The translations under genes and the position numbers were made by a program. Shown in pieces: positions 28,501 to 37,698 of a stretch of DNA of 64,000 nucleotides (positions are counted from its first letter, which is position 1; each line of letters starts with the position of its first letter). The notes below the pieces were generated by a model. The model was not told where the DNA came from and searched no databases. It saw only the letters and a program-made list of their open reading frames with translations. This DNA is from Candidatus Latescibacterota bacterium (GTDB taxonomy: Bacteria; Latescibacterota; UBA2968; UBA8231): positions 1,120,001-1,184,000 of the forward strand of contig OZ242005.1 of assembly GCA_965204725.1 (NCBI GenBank), read 5' to 3'.

Positions 28501-28662
28501 CACAAGCGTCCACCGAAACTGCTTCCCACACGTTTCAAGCAACGATTGAAACGCCGAGCGCACCGCAGTCTCATGCTCGACGCCGATCTGCTTAAAGGCA
28601 TCGAGCGATTCGTAGTACGCCGTAACGGGCTTGTGCGTGGGCTTGAGATTGAGAGTCGGCAT
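25573..28662 (-). CDS. Single-polypeptide N6-adenine restriction-modification enzyme (Type IIG/ISP-like, no helicase domain)
   Basis: N-terminal RVDG…YWEAKD nuclease motif, IIDPFVGTG (motif I), GNPPY (motif IV), C-terminal type ISP-like specificity region. Confidence 0.9.
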   Translation of the reverse strand: MPTLNLKPTHKPVTAYYESLDAFKQIGVEHETAVRSAFQSLLETCGKQFRWTLVPEHSIALPQNKRIRVDGALIDEFNLPHGYWEAKDIDDDLPAEVQRKFAAGYPSDNILFQTPQRAILWQNDALVLDADLTDPAQLVQTLDAFFSHRPPAIAEWDEAVAQFKDKVPDIGRGLAALIQRERQTNRRFTTAFADFYDKCRQSINPNLSQAAVEEMLVQHLLTERIFRTVFSNPDFTRRNVIAHEIERVIDALTSQSFSRRDFLESLDRFYVAIERTAETIHDFSQKQHFLNTVYEQFFQGFSVEVADTHGIVYTPQPIVDFMARSVEQILQTEFGRSLSDAGVHIIDPFVGTGNFIVRMMREIRRTALEAKYSSELHCNEVMLLPYYIASMNIEHEFYEATGRYQPFEGLCLVDTFELAEEHQLALFTEENTARVERQKETEMFVIVGNPPYNVGQVNENDNNKNRKYETMDKRVAETYSRASKASNKSKLSDHYVKAIRWASDRIGNEGIIALVTNNGFLEGVAFDGMRKHLADDFDAIYILDLSGNVRKNPKLSGTTHNVFGIQVGVSINIFIKKNDSANSPTKISYARVDEFWRKEEKYRYLASKEHYRNVEWKPITPDRQHTWLTEGLDTGFEIFVPMGSREAKAKKGEGADVIFKIYSLGVNTSRNDWAYNFDRNVLTGNMKRMIDTYNEQRSRWKQRTDQDANIDDFVTSDDQKIKWSEALKRNLARGRTANFSEKKIRVSSYRPFTKPNLYFDRLMNERVYAFPSIFPIPETEKENRVICVSGIGSNKPFQTLMASMIPCLDILEKTQCFSFYIYDEDGSNRRENITDWALTQFRSHYSDDTITKCAIFHYVYGLLHHPEYRTRYQANLKRDLPHIPYAPDFWAFAKAGQRLAELHVGYEAQPEHRLNFIENPDAPLDWRVEKMRLSKDKTHIKYNDFLTLDEIPPETYDYQLGNRSALEWVIDQYRVKTDKRSGIINDPNRGDEPQYIVKLIGKVITVSLETVEIVKGLPELDVQKNKKHI
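25610..25824. repeat. Direct repeat copy 2 (inside the 3' end of the intact R-M gene)
   Basis: Matches 21145..21359. Confidence 0.92.
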
Positions 28663-28668
28663 TGTATT

Positions 28669-28828
28669 ATGGCTCGGTTGTCGTCGCTACGTCCGGGATC
28701 GAGGGCGTCCCGACGTGCGATCCTTATCTATGGTCGATTGTCCTAGCCGCCCCGATGGCTCGGTTGTCGCCGTTGCGTCCGGGATCGAGGGCGTCCCGCC
28801 CTCGCCGAGGGCAAGATGCCCTCGATCC
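28669..28828. repeat. REP/BIME-like element: two 44-bp direct repeats plus a palindrome
   Basis: 28669-28712 and 28755-28798 differ at 3 positions. GGATCGAGGGC…GCCCTCGATCC inverted arms span 28782-28828. Confidence 0.75.
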
Positions 28829-28930
28829 GTGGAGGCTGGTGTCGCGTAATAAGACTTTCATTATTATAAACACAGAACAACGTCAAGGGCCATCCAACTC
28901 GTCCGCCGCCCATCCTCGGAGGAAGCCGCC

Positions 28931-31248
28931 GTGCCTCCCGCACTCCAAATTCCGCTGTATCCCCGCCTGCTCAAAATCCTGCAAAGCGTCGGCGCGGTCC
29001 TCTCGCTCGCCAGTGCGCTCTCAGCCGAGTCGCTCCGCTTTGACGCGGCCAATGAGTGGCAGACTTGGCCCTTGCCGCTGGGGATTGTCGCGCTCGACGA
29101 CGCCGGAGTCATCCGCCCGGTCGAAATCCGCAAAAACCCCGACCCGGTGCGCGATGCCGCAGCCTTTGGCGGCGGAATTCACGCAGCAGGCTCCAACTCG
29201 CTGGCCGCAGCGCGAGCCATAGACGGAGATCAGCAAACCGGCTGGAGCCCCAACTTGGCCGACGACTTAGACGACTGGTGGATCGAGATCGACTTGGGAC
29301 GAGCCGTGGCCGCGCGGCGAGTAGTGCTGACCTTTTTGGAAACTGCGCCGCCGTGTGCGCTGTTCGACGTGTTGCTTTCCACCGGGGAGCCAGCCATCGA
29401 CGTAGTTGGCAACCCGATTGAAGGCAGCCTCGTGTACCGCGTGCAGGAGCGCTTCAAGGAAAACCAACGGCCGCAGGTCGCGCTAGAGCTAGACCCGGTG
29501 CGCGACCCGTTCGTGCAATTTATCCGCGTCGAAATGCTCGACTGTGGGGCCGACGCCGCACTGGCCGAGGTGGCGGTCGAAGCCATCGGCGACAACCTCG
29601 CCTTGGGGCTGGCGGACAAGGGCGGGGGCTTGGAACTCATCGTGGATATTGACGGCTTTGGCGACGCCGCGTCGTTTGCCAATGTGCTGCCGCTGGCCGA
29701 CGGCCGGTTTTCCCTGTGGACAGAAAACCGCCGCATCAACCGCTCGGTGGATGTAATCTCGCGCATGACGTTGGACTTGGGTGCGGTCTTTTGGGTGGAT
29801 TTAGTCCGCATCGTCGGGACTTTTTGTCGCGCCCGGGGCAATTCCGCTTCAACTTCGACCGCTACGAGGTGCTGACCGCAGATGGGTCGCTGGCACCAGA
29901 CGGCACGCGGATATGGCACCGGCAATTCGCCGGCAAGGCCACCATGTCCAATCGCCAGCTCGGGATCGCCAACCACCACTTCGCGCCGCTTGCGACGCGC
30001 TACGTGCGGGTCGAATGGGTGTTTTGGGACGCGGCCTGCGCGGCCGCTTGCGTGGGGTGCGGCATTGTGCCGCCCTGCCAGTTTTGGGGCGGTACGCGCG
30101 AGTTGCAGGTCTTTGGCGAGGGCTATCCGCAGCGGGTGGTGTTGCCCTCGCCCCTGATCGACTTAGGCGGCGACAAGCAGGTACACGCGATCCGCTGGCA
30201 GGCCGACGCGCCCGCCCAAACGCGGGTGGAAGTCCGCAGCCGCACCGGCAACGACCTGCAAATGGACATCACCTATCACGACAAAAACGGCCGGGTCGTT
30301 TCCGAGCGAAAGTACAACAAGCTCATTCCGTCCTTTAAGGGCCGGATTGACACCGCGCTTTCCCCAGGGGCCGATTGGAGTCCGTGGAGCAAGCTGTATT
30401 TGCAGCCGGGCGAGCCGTTCGCGTCGCCCTCGCCCCGCCGCTACGCCGAGTTGGAGGTCGCCTTGGTGTCCGAGCGGCCGGATGCGGGGGCGGCCTTGGA
30501 TTGGCTAGTGCTTGAGTTCGGCGACCCGGTGGCGCGCACCGTGGTGGGGGAGATTTTTCCGGTCGAGGTGCAGCCGGGGGAGCGGACCGAGTTTGCCTAT
30601 TACATTCGTCCGCAGCAGGTGGCCGGCCGCGGCTTTGACCACTTGGCGGTGGAGACCTCCGCGCCGATTGAGTTTGTCTCGGTGTTGGTTGAGGGCGAGG
30701 TGGTGGAAGCAACGGCGGAGCCAACGGAAGGGGGGCTGGCGGTCGCCTTAGCCGCGCCGGTTAAGAGCCGCCAGTTAGTGGAGCTGCGCTTTGCGGGAAC
30801 CGTGTTTGTCGATGCCACGCGCTTTGACGCCTTTATTGGCCAAGACCAAGTGCGGCAGCGAGTGGAGGCGGGCGATGCGTCCTCAGCAGTCGCCAGCAGT
30901 ACCAATGCCGTGCGCTTGCCCGTGGGAGCGCGGCTGTTGGCCAACGTGTCGATGGGGCCGCTGTGGTTGACTCCCAACGGCGACGGGGTCAACGACGCCC
31001 TACGAGTGGAATTCGACTTGGTCAATATGTTGGCCGCCCGGTCTATCGGCCTGCGGATTTTCGACCTTGCGGGGCGACTGGTGTGGGTGCGGGCAGAGGA
31101 GGGCCGGGCCGGTGGTCGGGCTTGGGTTTGGGACGGCCGGGGGCGTTGGGGGGCGCCGGTGGGGCCGGGGTTGTACATCGTAGAGTTGCGCGTTGAGGGG
31201 GACGAGCAAAGCTACAGTCGGCAGCGCGTGGTCGCCGTGGCGTACTAG
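28931..31248 (+). pseudogene. Frameshifted secreted FlgD-Ig-tail protein (paralog of 12619..14583); single-base deletion near 29816-29825
   Basis: ORF 28931..29875 (signal peptide, discoidin-like) joins ORF 29716..31248 (…TPNGDGVND…IFDLAGR…WDGR…GLYIV…AVAY) by a -1 shift at GTC GGG ACT TTT TGT. Could be an assembly error. Confidence 0.75.
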
Positions 31249-31291
31249 CGCTTGATTACCCAAAACCATCCCCCGCACAGGAGAACCGAAC

Positions 31292-31954
31292 ATGAGATTG
31301 ATCCTCGTAGGTTGCGAATACGCTGGTAAGACGACCTTGGCCAACGCCATCGTCGGTTGGATTGAACGCACCTTTGGCTCGTCGCGCACCTTCCACGACC
31401 ACTTCAGCCTGCCGTGCAACGAGTTTCCCGTAGAGGAACAGGAGCAACTGCTGGCCCTCAGCCCGCGGCTGAAGGAGATGTTCCAGCGCTACATGATGCA
31501 CTATCACTTCCACCCCGCCTTCTACAGCGACCCAGACCACAACTTGGTGGGTTTTCACATTGAAGAGGCCGTGTACGCGCCCCTGTACTACGGCTACGGC
31601 GGCCGAGGCGAGTACGCCGACCGCACCGCGCTGGCGCGTGCCCTTGACGAGGAGGTCATGCAGCACGCGCCCGACACGGTACTCGTGCTGCTGCGGGCGC
31701 GGCCCCAAGTCATTGCCCAGCGCATGCGCGATCAGCCACACAAGCGGCCGGTAGTGCAGGAAAAGGACATCGAACTCGTGTTGCAGCGCTTTGAGGAGGA
31801 ATACCGCGACTCGCTCATCCGCAAGAAGTTCGCCCTCGACACGTCCGACGCCACCGTGGAGCAGACCTTGGCCGAGTTCACAGGACAAATCAAAAAGCAC
31901 CTCAGCGACGCCGACCGCCTGCGCCTTTTGGCCCAGCAGAACTGGCCGACCTAG
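31292..31954 (+). CDS. P-loop nucleoside monophosphate kinase-like protein
   Basis: LILVGCEYAGKTT Walker A; VLLRA…RM lid region; LDTS; AGGAG RBS. Confidence 0.7.
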   Translation: MRLILVGCEYAGKTTLANAIVGWIERTFGSSRTFHDHFSLPCNEFPVEEQEQLLALSPRLKEMFQRYMMHYHFHPAFYSDPDHNLVGFHIEEAVYAPLYYGYGGRGEYADRTALARALDEEVMQHAPDTVLVLLRARPQVIAQRMRDQPHKRPVVQEKDIELVLQRFEEEYRDSLIRKKFALDTSDATVEQTLAEFTGQIKKHLSDADRLRLLAQQNWPT

Positions 31955-31957
31955 GCC

Positions 31958-33424
31958 ATGCCGCAGCCCTTTCTCGACTGGTACGGCGTGTGGCCCGGCC
32001 AAGCCGGCATCGAAGGCGGTCACGCCTGGGTGCAAGACCCGCCGGTCGGCGTGCGCTTGGCCGTGCAAGAGGCGCGTAAATCGCCGGTCTTTATCGAGCC
32101 GGAGCACCCGTGGGAAGCCGGTGGCCTGACGCCGCAAGTTGTGCTCTGCGATGGCGGTGTACTCAAGATGTGGTACATCGCGCGCGGCGCAGGCGATTCC
32201 CCCTTTATTGCGTACGCCGAGAGCGCGGACGGCTTTTGTTGGCAACGCCCGGCCCTGCATTTGCAAGAGTATGGCGGCAGCACGACCAACAACCTGCTCT
32301 TTCCCTTCGGCGACTTTGGGCTGCAATCCGCGTTTGTGGATCCAACAGCCCCGCCAGAGGCTCGGTACAAAGCCATGGCGCGCGATGCTATTGCCTATCA
32401 CGAGGGTGTGCCGGTGCCCGGGATGACGCGGGAGCGCAAGTGGGCCATTCGCCGCGCCATGACAGAAGCGGGCTACACGCCCGAGCAGCGGGCCGAGGCC
32501 CTGTATTTCGTCGGCTTGCTCAAAGGCGCGGTGTCGCCCGACGGCAAGCAGTGGACCTTCTTGGAGGAGCCGCTTTTGAACGTGGGCCGCACCGGACTCG
32601 ACAGCCACAACATCGCCGCGTACGACGCGGAAGCCGGTCGGTATGTCGCCTATTTGCGCGGCCATCAGCAGCGCCGCCGCATCGTGCGCCGCACCGAGGG
32701 GATGGCGTTTGGCCAATGGTCGCAGCCGCGCCCGGTATTCGGCGCGGACCCGCAAGACCCCATCGACGACGATGTGTACGCATCGGGCTATTGCCGCTAT
32801 CCCCACGGCGGCTTCCACCTGATGTTCCCCGCCATGTACCATCGCTGGACGGCCACGGTGGATGTGCAGTTGGCGACTAGCCGCGATGGCTTGCTGTGGA
32901 GCCGCCCCGAGCGCAAGCCCATCATCTCCTCCGAGCCTGAAGGGTACGGCATGATGTTTGCCTTCCCGGAATTGGTCCCGCTCGACCCGGATACGTGGGG
33001 CGTGATGTTCGTCGGCCAGTACGACTTGCACGACTGGGGCGAGCGGCACGACCCGGGCCGCCCGGCCGAATGGCGTTGGGCCACTTGGCAGCGCGACCGG
33101 CTGGTCGCGCTCGAAGTGCCGGTGGAGGGCCGCGTCACGCTGGTTGAACGCGAGTGCGAGGGCCGCGCACTGACGCTCAATTTCCAGACGCAAAAGGAAG
33201 GCGGCTGGATCAAGGCCGAGCTGGTCGAGCCGCCCGCTTCGCCGGCCGCGCCAGTGCAGGCCATAGCGGGCTTTGGGCTCGCGGAGGCAGACGCGCTGGC
33301 AGGCGACGAGTTGGCTGGAGTGGCGACGTGGCGGGGCCGCAGCGATTTGTCGGCCTTGCGCGGCCGACAGGTGGCCGTGTGCCTGCATCTAGCGCGGGCG
33401 AAGGTGTTTGCGGTGGAGATGTAG
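31958..33424 (+). CDS. Beta-propeller glycoside hydrolase-like protein (GH32/43/130 clan-like)
   Basis: Repeated Asp-box-like AESADGFCW, AVSPDGKQW, ATSRDGLLW motifs; C-terminal beta-sandwich. Confidence 0.6.
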   Translation: MPQPFLDWYGVWPGQAGIEGGHAWVQDPPVGVRLAVQEARKSPVFIEPEHPWEAGGLTPQVVLCDGGVLKMWYIARGAGDSPFIAYAESADGFCWQRPALHLQEYGGSTTNNLLFPFGDFGLQSAFVDPTAPPEARYKAMARDAIAYHEGVPVPGMTRERKWAIRRAMTEAGYTPEQRAEALYFVGLLKGAVSPDGKQWTFLEEPLLNVGRTGLDSHNIAAYDAEAGRYVAYLRGHQQRRRIVRRTEGMAFGQWSQPRPVFGADPQDPIDDDVYASGYCRYPHGGFHLMFPAMYHRWTATVDVQLATSRDGLLWSRPERKPIISSEPEGYGMMFAFPELVPLDPDTWGVMFVGQYDLHDWGERHDPGRPAEWRWATWQRDRLVALEVPVEGRVTLVERECEGRALTLNFQTQKEGGWIKAELVEPPASPAAPVQAIAGFGLAEADALAGDELAGVATWRGRSDLSALRGRQVAVCLHLARAKVFAVEM

Positions 33425-33504
33425 GGGGATTCGCTTGAAGTGATGCCGCCAAGGGCGTTTTTTATTGCTTGGAGCATGTAAGTCTCTTTTACTGCGGGAT
33501 GGGT

Positions 33505-35586
33505 ATGTCGCAACTCGAACACATTGAAGCTATTGAAAGACGCCTCTGGAGCGCGGCAGATACGCTCCGTGCCAACACCAGTCACGCCAGCAACGAGTAC
33601 TTTTTGCCGGTGATGGGACTGGTCTTTCTACGCCATGCCTACAGTCGCTATCTGGCCGTCAAGCCCGGCATTGAGGATGGTCTGCCCGATCGCGACGGCA
33701 TAAGGCGGGAACTTACCAAAGGAGATTTCTCGCAAAAGAGTGCTATTTTTCTCCGGCCCGAGGCGCAGTTCGACTACCTCGTCGCCTTGCCTGATGGAGC
33801 GGATCGGGCCGGGGCTATCATCGCGGCCATGGAGTCCATTGAGGAGGATTACGATAACCTGCGCGGCGTTCTACCCAAGAGCGAATACCGGGAATTGGAC
33901 AGTGCCGTCCTCGGCCAACTCCTGCGTACGCTCAACCCGGACGAGTTGAAGCAGGTCTCCGGCGATGTCTTCGGCCGCATCTACGAGTACTTCCTGACGC
34001 AGTTCGCCGATCAGAAGGCCCACGACGGCGGGGAGTTTTTCACGCCCGTGTCGCTGGTGTCGCTGATCGCCCATGTGCTCGATCCGCAGCGCGGCACTGT
34101 GCTGGACCCGGCGTGTGGTTCCGGTGGCATGTTCGTGCAGAGTGCCTGCACCATAGAGGAGCACGGCCAAAGTCCCACCGAGCGGCTCACGTTCCGCGGC
34201 TTGGAGAAAAACGCCACCACCATCCACCTCGCCAAGATGAATCTCGCTGTCCACGGACTCGAAGGCGACATCCAGCAGGCCATCACCTACTATGAGGATC
34301 CGCACGAACTGGTGGGACGGGCCGACTACGTCATGGCCAATCCGCCCTTTAATGTGGACGAGATTGACGCCGACAAGGTGAAGGTTGATCCGCGCTTGCC
34401 GTTTGGCCTGCCTAGTGTCAACAGGCAGGGCAAAGTCAGCAACGGCAACTACGTCTGGATCAGCTACTTCTATAGCTATCTGAATGAGCGAGGACGGGCG
34501 GGCTTTGTGATGTCATCACAGGCGTCTAGTGCTGGTAGTGGCGAGGCGCAGGTGCGGCGGAAGCTGGTGGAGAGCGGCGATGTGGACGCGATGATCGCCA
34601 TCCGTAGCAACTTCTTTTACACCCGCACCGTGCCGTGCGAGCTATGGTTTTTCAACCGCGACAAGCCCGAGGCACACCGCGACAAGGTGCTGATGATCGA
34701 CGCACGCACTGTGTACCGCCAAGTGACGCGCAAAATCTGCGACTTCAGCCCCGAACAGCAGCAGAACTTGCTGGCTATCGTCTGGCTCTACCGGGGCGAG
34801 AGTGAGCGTTTTGTCGAGTTGGTGTCGCGCTATTGCGTTCGCGCTCTCGACGAGGGGAAGCAGTGCTTCAGCGTCGAGGATGGACAAAGCCTGCCGAACT
34901 TTCTAACCTCGATCAACAGCCTACGGGACGTGCTGGTTCCTTTTCTCAATACGCTGGGTGCAGAAGATGCCCATGCCGAGGCGTCCGAGAAATTGGCGAA
35001 AGCCCTGCGTGAGTTTGAGGCTGATGGGGACGCTTTCCAAAAGTCCGTCGCCGCGCAGAGGGAGGCTTGGGCCGGACAGGGCATTGACTGTGGCACGATG
35101 CAAACAAGGGTTGACGGCCTCTCCCCGCTGGCTGAGAGCAGCCGCGATCTTGCCAAGCAGGCTGACCACCTGTACAAGCTGGCTACCCACCTCATTGAGA
35201 TTTGCGAGGAGGAGTGCGACGCCAAGTCCAGTGCCGTCACCCGCGCTCATAAGGCCGCCGACGAGGCCCGCCAGCAATCCGTTGAGCAACTCAAGCAGGT
35301 GCGCTACTTCTATCAGCAAGCCCACTGGCTCTCCGAGCGCTTTCCAGACGCTGAACTGCGCGATGTGGAAGGGCTGGTTAAGCTGGTGGATCGCGCCGAG
35401 ATTAAAGCCAACGACTGGAGCCTGACTCCGGGCCGCTACGTGGGGATCGCGCCCGAAGAAGAGGACGAGGACTTCGACTTTAGGGAGGCTCTGCGAGAGA
35501 TTCACGAGGAATTGGAAGGGCTTAACGCAGAGGCGGCGACGCTGGCAGTGACCATCAAGCATAACTTCAAGGCGTTGGGGATATGA
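33505..35586 (+). CDS. hsdM: Type I restriction-modification methyltransferase subunit
   Basis: LWSAADTLR, GEFFTP, DPACGSGGM, ANPPFN, WSLTPGRYVG. Carries an approximately 200-aa helical insert before the C-terminus. ORF is open from 33469. Confidence 0.95.
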   Translation: MSQLEHIEAIERRLWSAADTLRANTSHASNEYFLPVMGLVFLRHAYSRYLAVKPGIEDGLPDRDGIRRELTKGDFSQKSAIFLRPEAQFDYLVALPDGADRAGAIIAAMESIEEDYDNLRGVLPKSEYRELDSAVLGQLLRTLNPDELKQVSGDVFGRIYEYFLTQFADQKAHDGGEFFTPVSLVSLIAHVLDPQRGTVLDPACGSGGMFVQSACTIEEHGQSPTERLTFRGLEKNATTIHLAKMNLAVHGLEGDIQQAITYYEDPHELVGRADYVMANPPFNVDEIDADKVKVDPRLPFGLPSVNRQGKVSNGNYVWISYFYSYLNERGRAGFVMSSQASSAGSGEAQVRRKLVESGDVDAMIAIRSNFFYTRTVPCELWFFNRDKPEAHRDKVLMIDARTVYRQVTRKICDFSPEQQQNLLAIVWLYRGESERFVELVSRYCVRALDEGKQCFSVEDGQSLPNFLTSINSLRDVLVPFLNTLGAEDAHAEASEKLAKALREFEADGDAFQKSVAAQREAWAGQGIDCGTMQTRVDGLSPLAESSRDLAKQADHLYKLATHLIEICEEECDAKSSAVTRAHKAADEARQQSVEQLKQVRYFYQQAHWLSERFPDAELRDVEGLVKLVDRAEIKANDWSLTPGRYVGIAPEEEDEDFDFREALREIHEELEGLNAEAATLAVTIKHNFKALGI

Positions 35587-35590
35587 GGCG

Positions 35591-36115
35591 ATGGACGCCG
35601 ACCGGAAAATTATTATCATCGCCGGACCCAATGGCGCGGGAAAAACAACCTTTGCACTGGAGCATTTGCCGCACGAGGCTCAATGTCCATCCTTTGTCAA
35701 CGCCGACTTGATCGCAGCGGGTCTGTCCCCCTTTCAGCCGGACGCCGCTCTTTTTCGCGCCGGTCGGCTGATGTTGGAGGAAATCAAAAATCACGTGCAG
35801 CAGCGAAGAAGTTTTGCCTTTGAAACTACTTTGTCCGGTCGCGGCTATGCTAGGATGATCCCGCGCTGGCGTAGCGACGGTTATACGGTCAAGCTGATAT
35901 TTCTGTCGCTGGCAACGCCGGAAGAAGCGATTAAGCGGGTTGAATTGCGCGTAAGGCAAGGCGGCCACTATGTTCCACCGAATGTCATTCGACGCCGCTT
36001 TGCGGGTGGGTTGCAGAATTTTCAGAGTATATATCGCCGCATCGTCGATTATTGGCAGCGGTTTGATAATAGCGGTCGTATTCCTACATTGATTGATAAG
36101 GGAGAAAACCCGTGA
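35591..36115 (+). CDS. Zeta-toxin-like P-loop ATPase/kinase (COG4185-like)
   Basis: IAGPNGAGKTT, FVNAD, FAFETTLSG, RVRQGGH, FDNS. Confidence 0.85.
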   Translation: MDADRKIIIIAGPNGAGKTTFALEHLPHEAQCPSFVNADLIAAGLSPFQPDAALFRAGRLMLEEIKNHVQQRRSFAFETTLSGRGYARMIPRWRSDGYTVKLIFLSLATPEEAIKRVELRVRQGGHYVPPNVIRRRFAGGLQNFQSIYRRIVDYWQRFDNSGRIPTLIDKGENP

Positions 36116-36306
36116 CTGAGAAAAACCGAGATACCCCTGCCTCGAAACATGGCGACAAGGGAACGCAGGATGTCCTTAACGCGCTACACCGGGCCGCTAG
36201 ACGCGCACATAAGGTTGCCCATCAGCACAAGACCGGGGTAGTGGTTATGGAAAAAGGCGAGGTCATTGAGATTGAACCGGATCCCGAGATGTACGAGGAA
36301 GTGTAA
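36112..36306 (+). CDS. Small protein coupled to the zeta-like ATPase (possible antitoxin)
   Basis: GTGA overlap with the upstream stop; ALHRAARRAHKVA…GVVVMEKGEV pattern of the small partners of this ATPase family. Confidence 0.6.
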   Translation: MTEKNRDTPASKHGDKGTQDVLNALHRAARRAHKVAHQHKTGVVVMEKGEVIEIEPDPEMYEEV

Positions 36307-36468
36307 AAAAAATAGTGCAGCAGGTCTGCCACGCAAATTGTGCAAGAGGGGTTTATACAAATTAGGGAATGAACGGCATTTGTTCGCGGACAGGTAGTAC
36401 GGCGAATGAAATACCCGGGCGACTCCCTCGATGGCTGCCACCAACAATAAATTCAAAAAGTTGAGGAG

Positions 36469-37695
36469 ATGAAGACAATATCTCTAGCTGTATCAGAGTT
36501 CGCGGATGTGTATTCGGGTGGTACACCTTCGACCTCGAATCCCAACTGTTGGGATGGTGCAGTAGCATGGATTACACCCAAAGATATGTCTAGCCACTCA
36601 GGTATTTATATCGAGCACGGTGAACGGTCCCTAACTGAACAAGGATTGCGCGAGTCGTCAGCCTGCTTACTTCCGGTCAATACGGTCATTCTATCATCAA
36701 GAGCACCTGTGGGATATGTGGCTGTCTCCGGGGCTCCTCTTGCCACGAATCAAGGTTGCAAGAACCTGATATGTAAAAAAGAAGTGGCTCATCCCGTATT
36801 TATCTATTATCTGCTCAAACTCAACACAACTAAGCTCGAAGCACATGCTACCGGATCCACCTATAAAGAACTCTCGATATCAAGATTAAAGAACATTCCT
36901 TTCGACTTGCCGGAGAATGTGGGTACCCAAAAAAGAATCGCCTCCATCCTCTCCGCCTACGACGACCTGATAGGAAACAATCGGCGGCGAATCCGGTTGC
37001 TGGATCAGGCGGTGCGGCTGCTCTATAAGGAATGGTTTGTTCACCTTCGCTTCCCCGGCCATGAGCACATCAAGATCAAGGACGGTGTGCCGGAGGGGTG
37101 GGTACAGAAAAAAATAGCTGACGTATGTGATACTGTCGGAGGTGGCACTCCATCCACCAAAGTGGCAGAGTATTGGGAAGGCGACATCACTTGGGTCGTT
37201 CCAACAGACGTTACTAGAAACGACTGCTTGGTCTTACTTGAATCGGAACGCAAGATTACCGAGAAAGGACTTCGTGAATCGTCTGCACAACTGGTTCCAG
37301 CTAACACTATCCTGATGACAAGCCGGGCATCCGTGGGGTTTTTCGCGCTTATGGATGTTGAAGCCTGTACTAATCAGGGATTTATCAATATCATTCCTCA
37401 CGATGAGGCGATGAGGATGTTTCTGCTTTTTAACCTGATGAGTCGAGTCTCCGAGATCCGAAGCAACGCGAAGGGTACGACGTATCCCGAAATAAGCAAG
37501 GGAAGATTTCGTCAGATGGATATTATCATCCCATCTGAGTCCTTGGTTTCCGAATTTCGGAGATTAGCCGATGATATTATTCGGCAAGTGCGTTGTTTGA
37601 AGCAGGGAATATTACAACTCACCCAAGCCCGAGATATGCTTCTACCTCGATTGGTAGATGGAAAGATTAGATTATGTGACTTTTCAGGATTTTGA
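36469..37695 (+). CDS. hsdS: Type I R-M specificity subunit
   Basis: Two TRDs (GGTPST…TNQG) separated by QKRIASILSAYDDLI…WF; ends RDMLLPRL. Confidence 0.95.
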   Translation: MKTISLAVSEFADVYSGGTPSTSNPNCWDGAVAWITPKDMSSHSGIYIEHGERSLTEQGLRESSACLLPVNTVILSSRAPVGYVAVSGAPLATNQGCKNLICKKEVAHPVFIYYLLKLNTTKLEAHATGSTYKELSISRLKNIPFDLPENVGTQKRIASILSAYDDLIGNNRRRIRLLDQAVRLLYKEWFVHLRFPGHEHIKIKDGVPEGWVQKKIADVCDTVGGGTPSTKVAEYWEGDITWVVPTDVTRNDCLVLLESERKITEKGLRESSAQLVPANTILMTSRASVGFFALMDVEACTNQGFINIIPHDEAMRMFLLFNLMSRVSEIRSNAKGTTYPEISKGRFRQMDIIIPSESLVSEFRRLADDIIRQVRCLKQGILQLTQARDMLLPRLVDGKIRLCDFSGF

Positions 37696-37698
37696 ATA

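Noticed and set aside
29810-29830. Programmed -1 ribosomal frameshift
   Set aside because: No canonical X XXY YYZ heptamer in the correct frame; a simple deletion is more parsimonious.
31256-33388. 710-aa minus-strand ORF, and similar long overlapping ORFs such as 7290..8798, 14683..15942, 8799..9995 and 53016..54170
   Set aside because: Shadow or alternative-frame ORFs of well-supported genes in GC-rich DNA; Arg/Pro-rich or motif-less.
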